Origin: the human T2T-CHM13v2.0 reference genome, Homo sapiens | Assembly: GCF_009914755.1 (NCBI RefSeq) | Contig: NC_060927.1 | Length of the DNA stretch: 64,000 bases | Reading direction: 5' to 3' (one strand) | Shown here: positions 53,703 to 64,000 of the stretch, piece by piece | Position numbering within the stretch: the stretch's first letter is position 1 | Layout: the number at the start of each line of letters is the position of its first letter | The notes under the pieces: model-generated | What the model was told of the DNA's origin: nothing | The model's database searches: none | What the model saw: only the letters and a program-made list of their open reading frames with translations | Position numbers and translations under genes: made by a program

Positions 53703-55209
53703 GCACTAAGGCAAAGGTCTGACCCTTAGGACAATGGGAGGGACCTGAGGGGCACAGGCATGTTAGGAGGGGTGCTGGGCTTAAGCCTGGGGCTGGTGTC
53801 TCCAGGTGCTAGATTCCTAGCGGGGCCTCCCACCACCTCTGGTTTGTTTGAGGAAGGAGGCAAAAGGGCCTCCCGGAAAGCAGGTTTCTAGCCACCATGT
53901 TGATGTCCTTCTGGAACCTGCTCTGGCCTTGCTGTCCTAGCCCTGGGCTTCCCTTTCTCTAGGAACCAAGCCCGCTGAGCCTCGATACCCCTGGCTGTGT
54001 CTCTGAGAGGAGGCTGGAATCTCTCCCACTGGGGTCACCCCTCACCTAATCCTGGGCAGTACCTTCCCTTCCCCCATGGCCTCTCCTCTGAGCCACACAG
54101 CACAGGATGGTGCTGCAGGGGCACAACCTTCAAGAGATTGTTCACACTGTGGTCTTTACAAGTTGACGCCCCTGGAGTTGTGAAACCAGAAGTGCTGGGC
54201 AGGGAGGGTGCTCATGTCCTTATTTCATAGGGGGAGAAACTAAGGCCTGGGACAGCACTGGACTGAGAGTTCCACAAGGGCAGAAACCGGGCCTGTCCTT
54301 CATCACTGCACCCCCAGCCCTGAACAGGGCATGGTAAACAGTAGCCATTGGCGGATGTTGGTGAACAGATGGAGGAGGAATGTAATGATGAGGGGGTGGT
54401 CTTCCTGAGAGCCAGGCTGTAGACTAGGACCCAGCTGGGAGGGCAGGAGAGTCCTGATTTGGGTCCAAGTCTGCTATAAGAACTTAGGCACCTCCCTATT
54501 CCTCCCAGGACTCAAGACTCTGAGAGAGTGGGCCTTAGTTCAGAGGCCCCCATCTCCCTAGGTAGTCAAAGTTCCAAGACAGGTACCCCTCCATGTCTCT
54601 GAAGCTGAGGGCCCGGCCTGTTTCCCAGACTTGGGGATGCTGGTTGCTTGCATTGCAAGGCCCCTGATCTGGCCTGCTCCCTCCTGACTCTTGGCCCCAG
54701 CAACCACCCTTTGCAGCTTGGAGAAACTCGTTACAAACATCTGATTGTCCCTGATTAGATGAGACAATGAACTTCCGTCCTGTGTTGCTCAGCTCCCTCT
54801 TTGCAAGCCCCCAATTAGAATTCCAGCCCAGAGCAAAGGATTTAAATTGGATTACTGGATGGGGTCCAGGGAGAGAGGAACAATGTAGTGGGGGGTGGGG
54901 GTCCAGTCCCCCAACAGCCCTCCCTCCATATACACTCAGACTGCAAACAAATGTGAAAAAGGAGAAAGGGACCAGGACTTGATTAAAAGCACATTTAAAA
55001 CATAATTAAAACCAAAGCTCATCTTCAACAATTAGGACCAAGCAGGGGGAAGGGTGATCCTCCCCCTCCTCTGGGGATATGGGCAGAAGCATCTCGTGTG
55101 TCTACAGCCAGGGGTGCTGCAGCAGGAGGAGTTCACTGCCCAGGAGCGCTGGGAGGCCATGAGCTATGGGCTCAGTGCACGCCTCAGGAATAATGTGGGG
55201 GAGTCAAGG

Positions 55210-55400
55210 GGCTGGCTCAGAGTCAGGGAGACCTGAGTTCAAATCTTGGCTCTGCCATATCCTGGCCTGATGCATGGCACCTCTGAGTCCCAGTGTCCCC
55301 CTCTGTGAAGCCAAGGTAGCCAGGGCTTCCTTCTCCGGGTTGCTGTGAGAATGATGCATGATAGACTCAGCACACGGTGAGTATCTGTCTGGTCAGTACA
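55210..55400 (+). mobile_element. MIR fragment
   Basis: gagtcag..agacctg.gttcaaatc.tggctctgcca...acctctgag.c.cagt.t.c.c.tctgt.aa...gggttgctgtgaga.t. Confidence 0.7.
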
Positions 55401-55438
55401 TGCCTTTCCCCATCATTTCTCATAAAAAATAATTTCTG

Positions 55439-55746
55439 GGCCAGATGCGGTGGCTCAGGCCTGTAATCCCAGCACTTTGGGAGGCCAAGGTGGGTGGATT
55501 ACCTGAGGTCAGGAGTTTGAGACCAGCCTAGCCAACATAGTGAAATGCTGTCTCTACTAAAAATACATAAATTAGCTGGGCATGGTGGTGGGCGCCTGTA
55601 ATCCCAGCTACTTGGGAGGCTAAACCACAAGAATCACTTGAACTCAGGAGATGGAGGTTGCACTGAGCCAATACTGCACCACTATACTCCAGCCTGGGTG
55701 ACAGAGTGTCTGTCTCAAAAAAAAAAAAAAAACAAAGAAAGAAAAG
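55439..55746 (+). mobile_element. AluSx-like element with 13-bp TSD
   Basis: acctgaggtcaggagtt; TSD AAAATAATTTCTG at 55426-55438 and 55747-55759. Confidence 0.95.
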
Positions 55747-56719
55747 AAAATAATTTCTGTTTAGTGCCGACTGTCCCAGGCCATGGCTGGGCTGCAGGTG
55801 CAGTGGAAGGGAGAGACATCTGTCTCCCTCACATAGCAGAGTCCAGCAAGGGGGGTGCAGGGAGAGGGTTGGGACCAGGACCTCAGGCCTTTGGCTGCTC
55901 CTCCCAAGCTATCGGAGTTGATTGTTCCTTTAGGGGTGGGGGAAGTGGCTTGGAAAGAGACCCCAGCCCTGTGATTCCCAAGGGGCTGGGCAGGAGGCTG
56001 GGCCCTGGGCTCCACGCATGGAGGGTGGGTCAGGCGTCTTGTCTCTGCCACCACTCAGCACCCCTGCTGTGCCGGCCTGGCTGAGTGGCAGGCCGAAAGG
56101 CCTGAGGGCTGTCCCTTCCCGCATTTATCAGACAGTTCCAACACAAGTTCAGGGCTGGGTGCCCACATTTGTAAACTGGACAGGGGGCAGCAAAGCTAGG
56201 AAGTAGTGTGCAAATGAGGGGTCTGGAAGGAAGTGGGGTGGAGACAGGGTCGGAGAACAAGGGAAAGGCAGGAGAAGGGCATCCAGGCACGCCCAGTTCA
56301 GAAAGGTGAGAAGGTGGGGCGCGATGCACTGGCTGAGAGAGGCGAGCGTAATGGGCTGCTATCCCTGCAGAAGGCGTGGCTCTGCCTGCTCCCCGCTGTC
56401 TCCCACACTCATGTCCAGGAGATCCTGAAGGGTGGGTGGAGCCCTGCTCTGGGTCCTCTGGGTGGGAGGTCCTCAGAGTCCACCTTCTCTGGGAAGCTGG
56501 CCCCAAGAAGCAGTCTCCACCTATTTCATGGCCCCAGGTCACATAGGGACAGGCAGGGGATCCCATGGGGGACAGCAGGGCCCAGCTCCTGGAGAAGGAA
56601 ATTCTGGTTCTCTCTTGGGGACTGGATATGGCAGGGTGTAGGCTGGGGTGGCCACCCTGACTTAACCCAGCCAGGACCCTGGCCTGAGCCTGGGCACAGC
56701 CTGTGTAGACTTGCTCATT

Positions 56720-57079
56720 TAAAAAAACTGCTTTATTGAGATACAATTTATACACCAGCAAATCCACCCAAATAAAGTATACAATTCAGTGGTTTTTAGT
56801 ATATTCAGAGTTGTGCAACCATCACCACAATCTAATTTTGGAATATTTTCATCACTCCGAAAAAGAAACCCTGTACCCATTAGCAGGCCTTCCCTATCCC
56901 TTCCCTTCCCAGGCACCCATGCATCTACTTTCCATTTCTATGGATTTGCCTATTCTGGACATTTCATAGAAATGGGATCACACAATATGTGGTCTTTTGT
57001 AACTGACTTCTTTCACTTAGCATAATGTTTTTGGGTTCATCCATGTTGTAGCAAGCAAGCATCAGGAGACTTTATTCCG
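56720..57079 (-). mobile_element. L1M (L1MB-like) 3' UTR fragment
   Basis: tttattgagata.aatt.a.a.ac...aagt.tacaattcagtggtttttagtatattca.agttgtgcaaccatcaccaca.tctaatttt.gaa.attttcatcac...tggatttgcctattctggacatttcata.aaatgg.atca. Confidence 0.88.
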
Positions 57080-57251
57080 TTTTTTTTGTTGTTTGTTTTT
57101 TTTTTAAAGAGATGAGGTTTTTACTCTATTGCCCAGGCTGGAGTGCAGTGGCATGATCATGGCCCACTGCAGCCTCGAATTTGAAATCCTGGGCTCAAGC
57201 CTCAGCCTCCTGAGTAGCTGAGACTACAGGTGTGCATCACCATGCCCAGCT
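57080..57251 (-). mobile_element. Alu right-arm monomer (FRAM/AluJ) nested in the L1M
   Basis: T tail, gcccaggctggagtgcagtggc.tgatcat.gc.cactgcagcctcga...cctgggctcaagc. Confidence 0.85.
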
Positions 57252-57963
57252 TTGCTCCTTTTTATTGGATTAGTTTGTCTTTGACACAGGCTGGAGCAAC
57301 TGCAGTTATGCCTCTGATCTGGGGGGAGCTTGGATGCCTCTCACTCATTTACGTATGACCTTCCCTGGTCACTTGGCAGCTGAGAAGCCCCATCCCACCT
57401 ACTCTCCCTGGGATGGGCTGAGTGTCAGGGGTCTGCCTGCTTTGTCATGGCAGCCCAGCGCATTCCTGTTACCCCTCAGAACTATAGTGGTCTGAGGCTG
57501 ACAGGCACAACCTCTCTGAATATAGAGGCCCAGATGGGGGAGCAGAGAAACATTCAAAGCCATGGGCAGAGCAGCCCCCATCCTTACGTGGCCTTCTCTG
57601 TGGGGCTTGCAGAGCCCCCTCGACACTCCCTCCAAGAGAGCCTGCAGCCTACCTCAGGGGCAAACTCCACCAGCAGCAGGTCACTATCCTGGCCAGGTGC
57701 CCATCCAGGGCACCACCCATAAACAAACCTGGGGACCCAGAGGGATGGGAAAACCCCAGGCCCGGAAGGAGGGAGGGGTAGGGCCTGCCCCAGTCCCAGC
57801 CTCAGGATCACACAGAGCCCCAAGACTCCAAGTCACCACCTCTCATGCAGCTACTCCAGATAGTATCATCCTGTTCCTGCCGCAGCTGCCCACATTCCAC
57901 GTGGGCACAGCCCTGCTGATGTTGGCCCAGCTGAACTCAGGAGGGCCACGTGATGAAGGCTCA

Positions 57964-58248
<285 letters not shown>

Positions 58249-58866
58249 TCAGCACAGTATTCACCCGCACCCAGACCCTGTCTTTGGCCTCTGAGAGAGG
58301 GCATGGAAGGCCAGCGCCCCCACAGACTTGAAGGCAGGGCAAGGCCAGGGGCTCCGTAGCTTGCATCTGGGATGAGGGCCCAGTTTAGGCTGGTCATTGT
58401 GGTTGGTGGGATGGGGTTGTCACTGCCTTCTCTGGGCCTCAGGGCCCCCCATTTCAGGGTCATGAGCAGCCCTGCCCCCGACTAGCTCAAGGTAACTGTG
58501 AATAGCAGAGGGGAAGAGTGGGCTGGAGAGGAGGCAGGAGGTTGAGGCGAGATGGAGTCAATAAGCACACACCACATACCCCATCCCAAAAAGAAGATGC
58601 TCACGCCCATGCATGGGCACACACACAGCCATGCCTCCACGCTGCTCAGGCATCTGGACCCTTTTTTGTGGGTGCTGCCCCAGGGCACTTGCAGGAACTA
58701 GCAGGAGCTCTGGGCAATCCCACGGGCTCCTCTGTCATTCAGGGCACAGAATATGGGGAATGGGCACCAGGGAGGAAGGGGCAGGTTGGGGAGAATGAAT
58801 CTGCCCAGCCTTCCTCCAAGGGGGGTGGGTCTGTGGGCAGGTGCATGTGGCAGTGTAAATCTGAGG

Positions 58867-58891
58867 GTGTGTGTGTGTGTGTGTGTGTGTG
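58867..58891 (+). repeat. (GT)12 microsatellite
   Basis: Directly visible; a mixed (GT/GC) alternating tract follows at about 59029-59060. Confidence 0.93.
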
Positions 58892-59983
58892 AGGGCTCAA
58901 CATATCCGTTTGTGTGCACGTGCCTGCGTGTTGGGGCTGGGGTGGGGTGAGGGTCTCTAACCCCCCAGGGGCTTGTGAGTCTTAGGAGCAGATTTCTGCA
59001 AGTGTCTTTGTTCACAGCTGGGTCTTGGGTGTGTGCGTGTGCGTGTGCGTGTGTGTGTGCATTTGTATGCATCACATACTGCTGCATGTGTCTCCAAGCC
59101 TGACTGGGTCCATGTGTTCATTCAGGTGACCCAAGGAGGTCTGTGCCCCAAGTACAGGCTCCTTCACCACCAGAGGTCACAGAATAGGCTGCCACGACTG
59201 AGCCGTGCCACCAGGCTGAGCAGAAGTGGAGGGATGTGGAGAGACAGAGAGGAGGTGATGAGGGGAGATAAGGAGGGGGGAGAGGCAGCCGATGAAAGAC
59301 AGACAAGCAGAGAGAGATAAGGTCGGTAGAGTGACAGCGAGAAGGCAGGGAGATAAGACCCTGTCATCTGACAGGGGGATGGGGTGGGGGGGTTGGGTGC
59401 TGCTGGAGCCCCTGCTCTGCTGCTACCCAGTGCCTGGCAGTCCAGGGGTTAAAGCACCACACAAAGCCAGCTCAGGCAATCTTCTCCTCCTCCCGCCACC
59501 CCCATCCCTCCCGGCTTCTCTTTTCTTTTTGTCCTTCTTTTAGAACAAAATAATTTGTGGTGAAGTCGCTCCTTCCCGCAGAGTAGTGGCAATAAGGGGG
59601 CGAGACTTGAGGCCTGGCCACATGGCCAGGGAGAAGAGAGGCCCCGAGTGAGTACCAGGCCAGGATGTTCCCTGGGCCCCTGGGCCCTGCCTCAGGACAG
59701 ACGTTCACAGAGGGAGACAGTGTTAGAGACACAGGGTGAGGAGGGGTCAGACCCTGAGGATCACTGAGGAAAGGCAGGGAACCTAGAGCCTAGCACCTTA
59801 CTATTGGGGAAACTGAGGCACAGAAACAGGAGAGGGAAGGTCAAGGCCAGGCGATTGAGTGGCAAAGCCAGATCCCCCATCAGCTTTCACCCATCCTTGA
59901 CAGATCATTCTGGGGTGTGTGTGGCCATGGTCTCAGCCACATCCACCGATGCCTCTGGAGAGTGGTGCCCCGACCCATTTGCA

Positions 59984-59998
59984 CCAGCAGGGGGCACT
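59984..59998 (+). promoter_or_regulatory. Candidate CTCF core motif
   Basis: CCAGCAGGGGGCACT matches CCASYAGRKGGCRS without mismatch; motif only, no binding data. Confidence 0.5.
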
Positions 59999-62669
59999 GC
60001 TGCCCGGCTTCTCCTGGCCTGGGATGAAGTTCATACCTCAGACTCTGTCAAGGTCATTACCAGGTGCAGCCACAGTCTGGGCTGTCCATGGCTGTGTACA
60101 GCCCCAGGACCTGAGGCAGGACCATGTGGTTCTCCTGGGAAAGTCCAGGAGTCCCTCCTCTTGGGCTCCAGGGTGCCCCTTGCAGCCTGGCATGGTAACT
60201 GTGCTGGGGATCAGGGGGCTGCAGAGTGAGTGGGTCTCTAGGTGGCAGGCCCACACCTCAGGGCACCAACAGGTGACATGAGGCCTTGGAAGCTGAGACT
60301 CTGCCAAAAGTCACTCATCTCTGAACCTCCGTGACTGATCTATTAAATGAGAGAACAGTAGTACCCACCTCACAGGCTGGGGACAGCAAACCCATGCCTT
60401 GAGCAGCCTGTGCTGTTGTTACGGCTATTAGTTTGGGATCACCAGAATTCTGCAGATGGAATCATAGTCCCTCCCTGCCCCCACTCTCTCCCTGCTAGAT
60501 CTGTACACTTGGGGCTGTCCAAAGCCATCGGCTCCATTCCTGAGCTGGTAGCCTCAGTTTCCTGGGGTCTGCCCACCTCCAGCCCCACCCCGTTCTCCCA
60601 GATCGGTCTGGGCAGTCTCCCACACTGAGCCACCCTGTCCTTGTCTCCGACACCTTAGCCTCAGCCCCAGAGGTGATAATGGTGGAGCCTAGACACTGGG
60701 ACGCCACTGATAGGGCACAGCCATGGCCAGCTTCCTTCTCTCTCTCCCAAGCACCATGTCTGTGTGCAGTGGACACCTGGCAAATGCATATGCTGGATTC
60801 TATGTCCAAAAGCAGAGCTCTGGGGCCAGCTGGGCCCAGGTCTGATTCCTCAACTTCTGCCTGCGGCTGCATGAGCCCTCGGGGCCCAGGGATGCATCCA
60901 CCGTGTTTTCTTCCTGTTCTATTTCTACTCGAGGACCCACCACAGCATCTTTCTGCCGACCCTGGTCTGGGTCCCATCAAGCCCACTGACCTGTCATGTG
61001 CCTGCAGGCCTCTGGGTCTCCAGCCCAGGCCAGTTCCCACAGCTATACTTTGACTCACGCTGTCCCTGCATCCCCTCCACCTTGCCCTGCTATCTAAATC
61101 CTCTCTAGGGCAAGGCCAGGGAAATGGGCTGGAAGGGGTTTCTGCTGAGAGGAGAGCAGAATCCCAGAAGTGCAGGGGCTGGTCATGCTGCCAGCCAAGC
61201 CTGCTCCCCAATCCCAAATGAGCCCTTGAGGTGCAACAGTCCTCGAATGATAGCCCCTAGTGCCACAGCCCTCCCCCTCAACATTCCCCTGAACTTGCTC
61301 CAATTGTTCCTGTCTTCTAGGGTGGGCCCTGAGCTGAGCCCCAAATCCCCAGGAGATCTAAGTGACACAGCCCAGCAGATGGTCCCATCCTGGGAGAAAG
61401 GTCATCTCTACATTGATGTGGTCCAGGGAGGTGCTTTCCACCTGCAGGCCCAGCAGGAGCCCAGGAGAGCCCAGGGCAACTCCAGTGCACAGACTCTGCC
61501 CAAGACTAGCCCCACTCCAGCCCCAGCCTCTAGCCCTGGCTCCTAGGGCCAGCTGGGAAGTGCAGAAAGGCCAGGGTGCACCGGATGCAGAGCCTCAACC
61601 ACCACAGCAGGATGGCAATGCCCACTGATGTCCTTGGCCCAGAGAGTTAATTAGAAAAAGCCAACTGCTCCCACAGCAGCACAGCCGGCACAGCCCCACC
61701 TCTGCTGGACTAAGGAGCACGACGGGGCCCAGCTGATCCCAGGGTGCCCCAGCTCTGTGCCAGCAGTGATAGGGAGGGAGAGGCAGCAGCTTTAACCCAC
61801 AGAGAGTGCCAGGATGCTGGTGGGACAGGGTAGCAGACTGGAGCCAGGTGGGGATGTGGGGGAGGACTGAGGAACAGGGAGAACAGGGGTGGCTGAGGTC
61901 CCAAGGGACAATTCAGGAGTCTGTTTGGAGCCCCTTGTTCCCAGGAATTCCTGGTTCCCCCCCTTGTTTCATGTACTGGTGACCATGGCTCAGCTGGTGC
62001 CCTCCTCCCTTGAGGGCACTCCTATCCCACCAGTGATGGAGACCTGCCCCTCCACCTCTCCCCTCCCCCAGGGCTGGCTCTAGCTTCAACCCTCTCTCAG
62101 CTCTAGCAGTTCTTCAGTTAGGCATCAGGGCAAGTCCGGCCAGCCCTCCATCCTAGGGCTTCACAGGGCCGTGGGGGCTGATGCCTCCTTAGAAGCCCCG
62201 AACCCTCTGCCCAGCCTCCTGCTTCCCCCATGGCTCCGTGTAAGTGGGAGGCGAGCCTGGAGGACCCTTGCAGGAATGGTGACCTTGGACAGGAAGCCTG
62301 CATGCTGGCAGGAGCAAAGGGAGCCAGCCTCGTTCCCACAGCTCCTAACAGAGCTGCCTGGGAGAGAGGAGTCCAACTACCAGCCCCAACGTGCCTGGAA
62401 CATAGAGACAGCCACCACAGGAAACTAAAGGCCTCAGGACAAGTGACCTGGGCAGGCCCCAATCAGAAGGCATTTTAGAAAGTCAGCAGCAAGGGAGCCC
62501 AGACCTGAGCTACCAGCAAACCTGCCTAGGGCAAGGGGGAAGATGGAAGGGGAGAGGAAAAGGAGAGAGGAGAGGGGAAAGGAGAGTGGGGAAAAGCAAG
62601 GAGGAAGGGCCAAGGAAGCTGCAGGAACAGCCCTGTTTGCCCCGAGTGTTAGCTCTGGCTGCTCTGGGG

Positions 62670-62830
62670 CAGGTGGTTTACATACATGACATCACTGATC
62701 TCCTACAACCCCTGAGGAGGGTCCATTCTGATCATCTCCATGTGGCAGAGAGGACACTGAAGGCCAGAGAGGTTAAGACGCATGCAAAACTGCGGTTTGA
62801 ACTGGGTCGAATCCAAAGCCCTTGCTTTAG
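62670..62830 (-). mobile_element. MIR fragment
   Basis: atc.cact.atc.tc..acaaccc.tgagg.gg...cagagagga.actga.ggccagagaggttaag...ggtttgaac. Confidence 0.65.
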
Positions 62831-64000
62831 GTCATACTCTTTGTACAGTTCTGTACCCCACCTTTATCCCTAAACTTGAAGGCAAAGCCATGGGAAAAGA
62901 GGCATAGGGATGAACTGGGCAGGCCTGAAGGGCTTGGGGCGGATGCAGGCAGAGGCTGAAAGACTGAGGCCCCTGGAAGGTGGGAGGGCCATGCTGGAGG
63001 GGAATGAGGGGAAGACTGGCAGGGCCAGCCCAATCGACTAAGCACCCACCCAACCCTGGGAGTCAAAACAGGCACTCGCACGCAAGGCTCCTCTCCGCAG
63101 CGAAGGTGAACAGCCCTAATCTCTGGAAAATTAAATCAGAAAGAAAATGGAACAAGAAAGATTTGACGCAGGCTTGGCCCTGCTGCCAGCTGTCTCCTCA
63201 AAGACCCAGCTCACCTTGGGGTTTTGCCAGGTGCTCCAGCACCCCTGGCCTGAGCCCCGAGGCATGACTCCGGGGAGACTGGCGCTCCAATCCCCTCACC
63301 ACATTTCACCACAGGGAGCAGCCAGGTGAAAGTCTTAACTGTCCATTAGGCCCCTGCAGGGAGGGCAGCCAGTGGATGAGAGACTGTGGGCGAGGCCTCC
63401 TGAGGCCCAACCCAAATAAACAAGCCCTGGGGAGGGAACCACCTCAAGAGGCCACAGGGTCTGCAGTTGGAGGCCGGGGTCAGCTGCCAGACTGGGCTAC
63501 ACTCATGTCAGGGATGTTGGGTGGGTGGCTAGGGGGCTTGTGGTGGCTCAGGAAGCCTGAGCTGGGCCAATGAGGTAGGGCGATTGGCGACAGGTAGTGA
63601 CCAGTTCAAGGACCCTAGCCAGTCAGGGTAGAGCCAGGTCCGGGCCCCCTGCCTCACCCACCCCTTCTAGGCTGCTAACCTGGCCTTCTGCCTCAGTGAG
63701 AAAATAGAGGGTATTGACATAACTGCAAATCCACCTTGAAGACTGGAGAGTTGATGGGGTAACCAGGCACCTGGGGACCCTCTACCACTGACAGCACTTG
63801 GGACAGATCCAGGACAGGCTGCACCCCTCAGGGCTCTCCCTATAGCCTAGTTCTTGATGGGACTGAGGGGCTGCCCCATGATGGGTGCACAAAAACCCTA
63901 ATCTGGCTGCTCTGGGGACACACCAGCCACGAGACTGGGTGTGTGACTGGCAGCTCCCCAGGAGGGGGCTAAGGCCTGTCCCTCACCAGCCTGGCACAGG

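Overview
Primate (almost certainly human) genomic DNA covering part of CACNA2D2, the voltage-gated calcium channel alpha-2/delta-2 subunit gene, on the minus strand. I located 15 coding exons with GT-AG boundaries (exons 3-17 by my recollection of the reference numbering). They join in frame into 1338 nt / 446 aa (about residues 97-542), covering the first Cache region with the gabapentinoid-binding YDVRRRPWY motif and the VWA domain with an intact DxSxS MIDAS. Exon 3 is separated from exon 4 by a 40.2 kb intron; exons 7-17 are packed into 3.7 kb. The introns contain a full-length retroposed 5S rRNA pseudogene, seven Alu/FLAM copies, MER58B, MER20, MER5-type, L1M, MIR and L2 relics, microsatellites and a 364-bp dispersed direct duplication. 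The ORF track is almost entirely noise apart from exon fragments. I see no proven new biological system. The best leads, all inferences needing RNA-seq, conservation or ChIP tests, are: (1) three exon-shaped segments in introns 5-6 (one in-frame 69-nt cassette, two stop-containing poison-type exons); (2) a regulatory hub at 28.7-31.2 kb with a near-consensus REST/RE1 site, a TAATCA cluster and a POU-motif cluster bracketed by the duplication.
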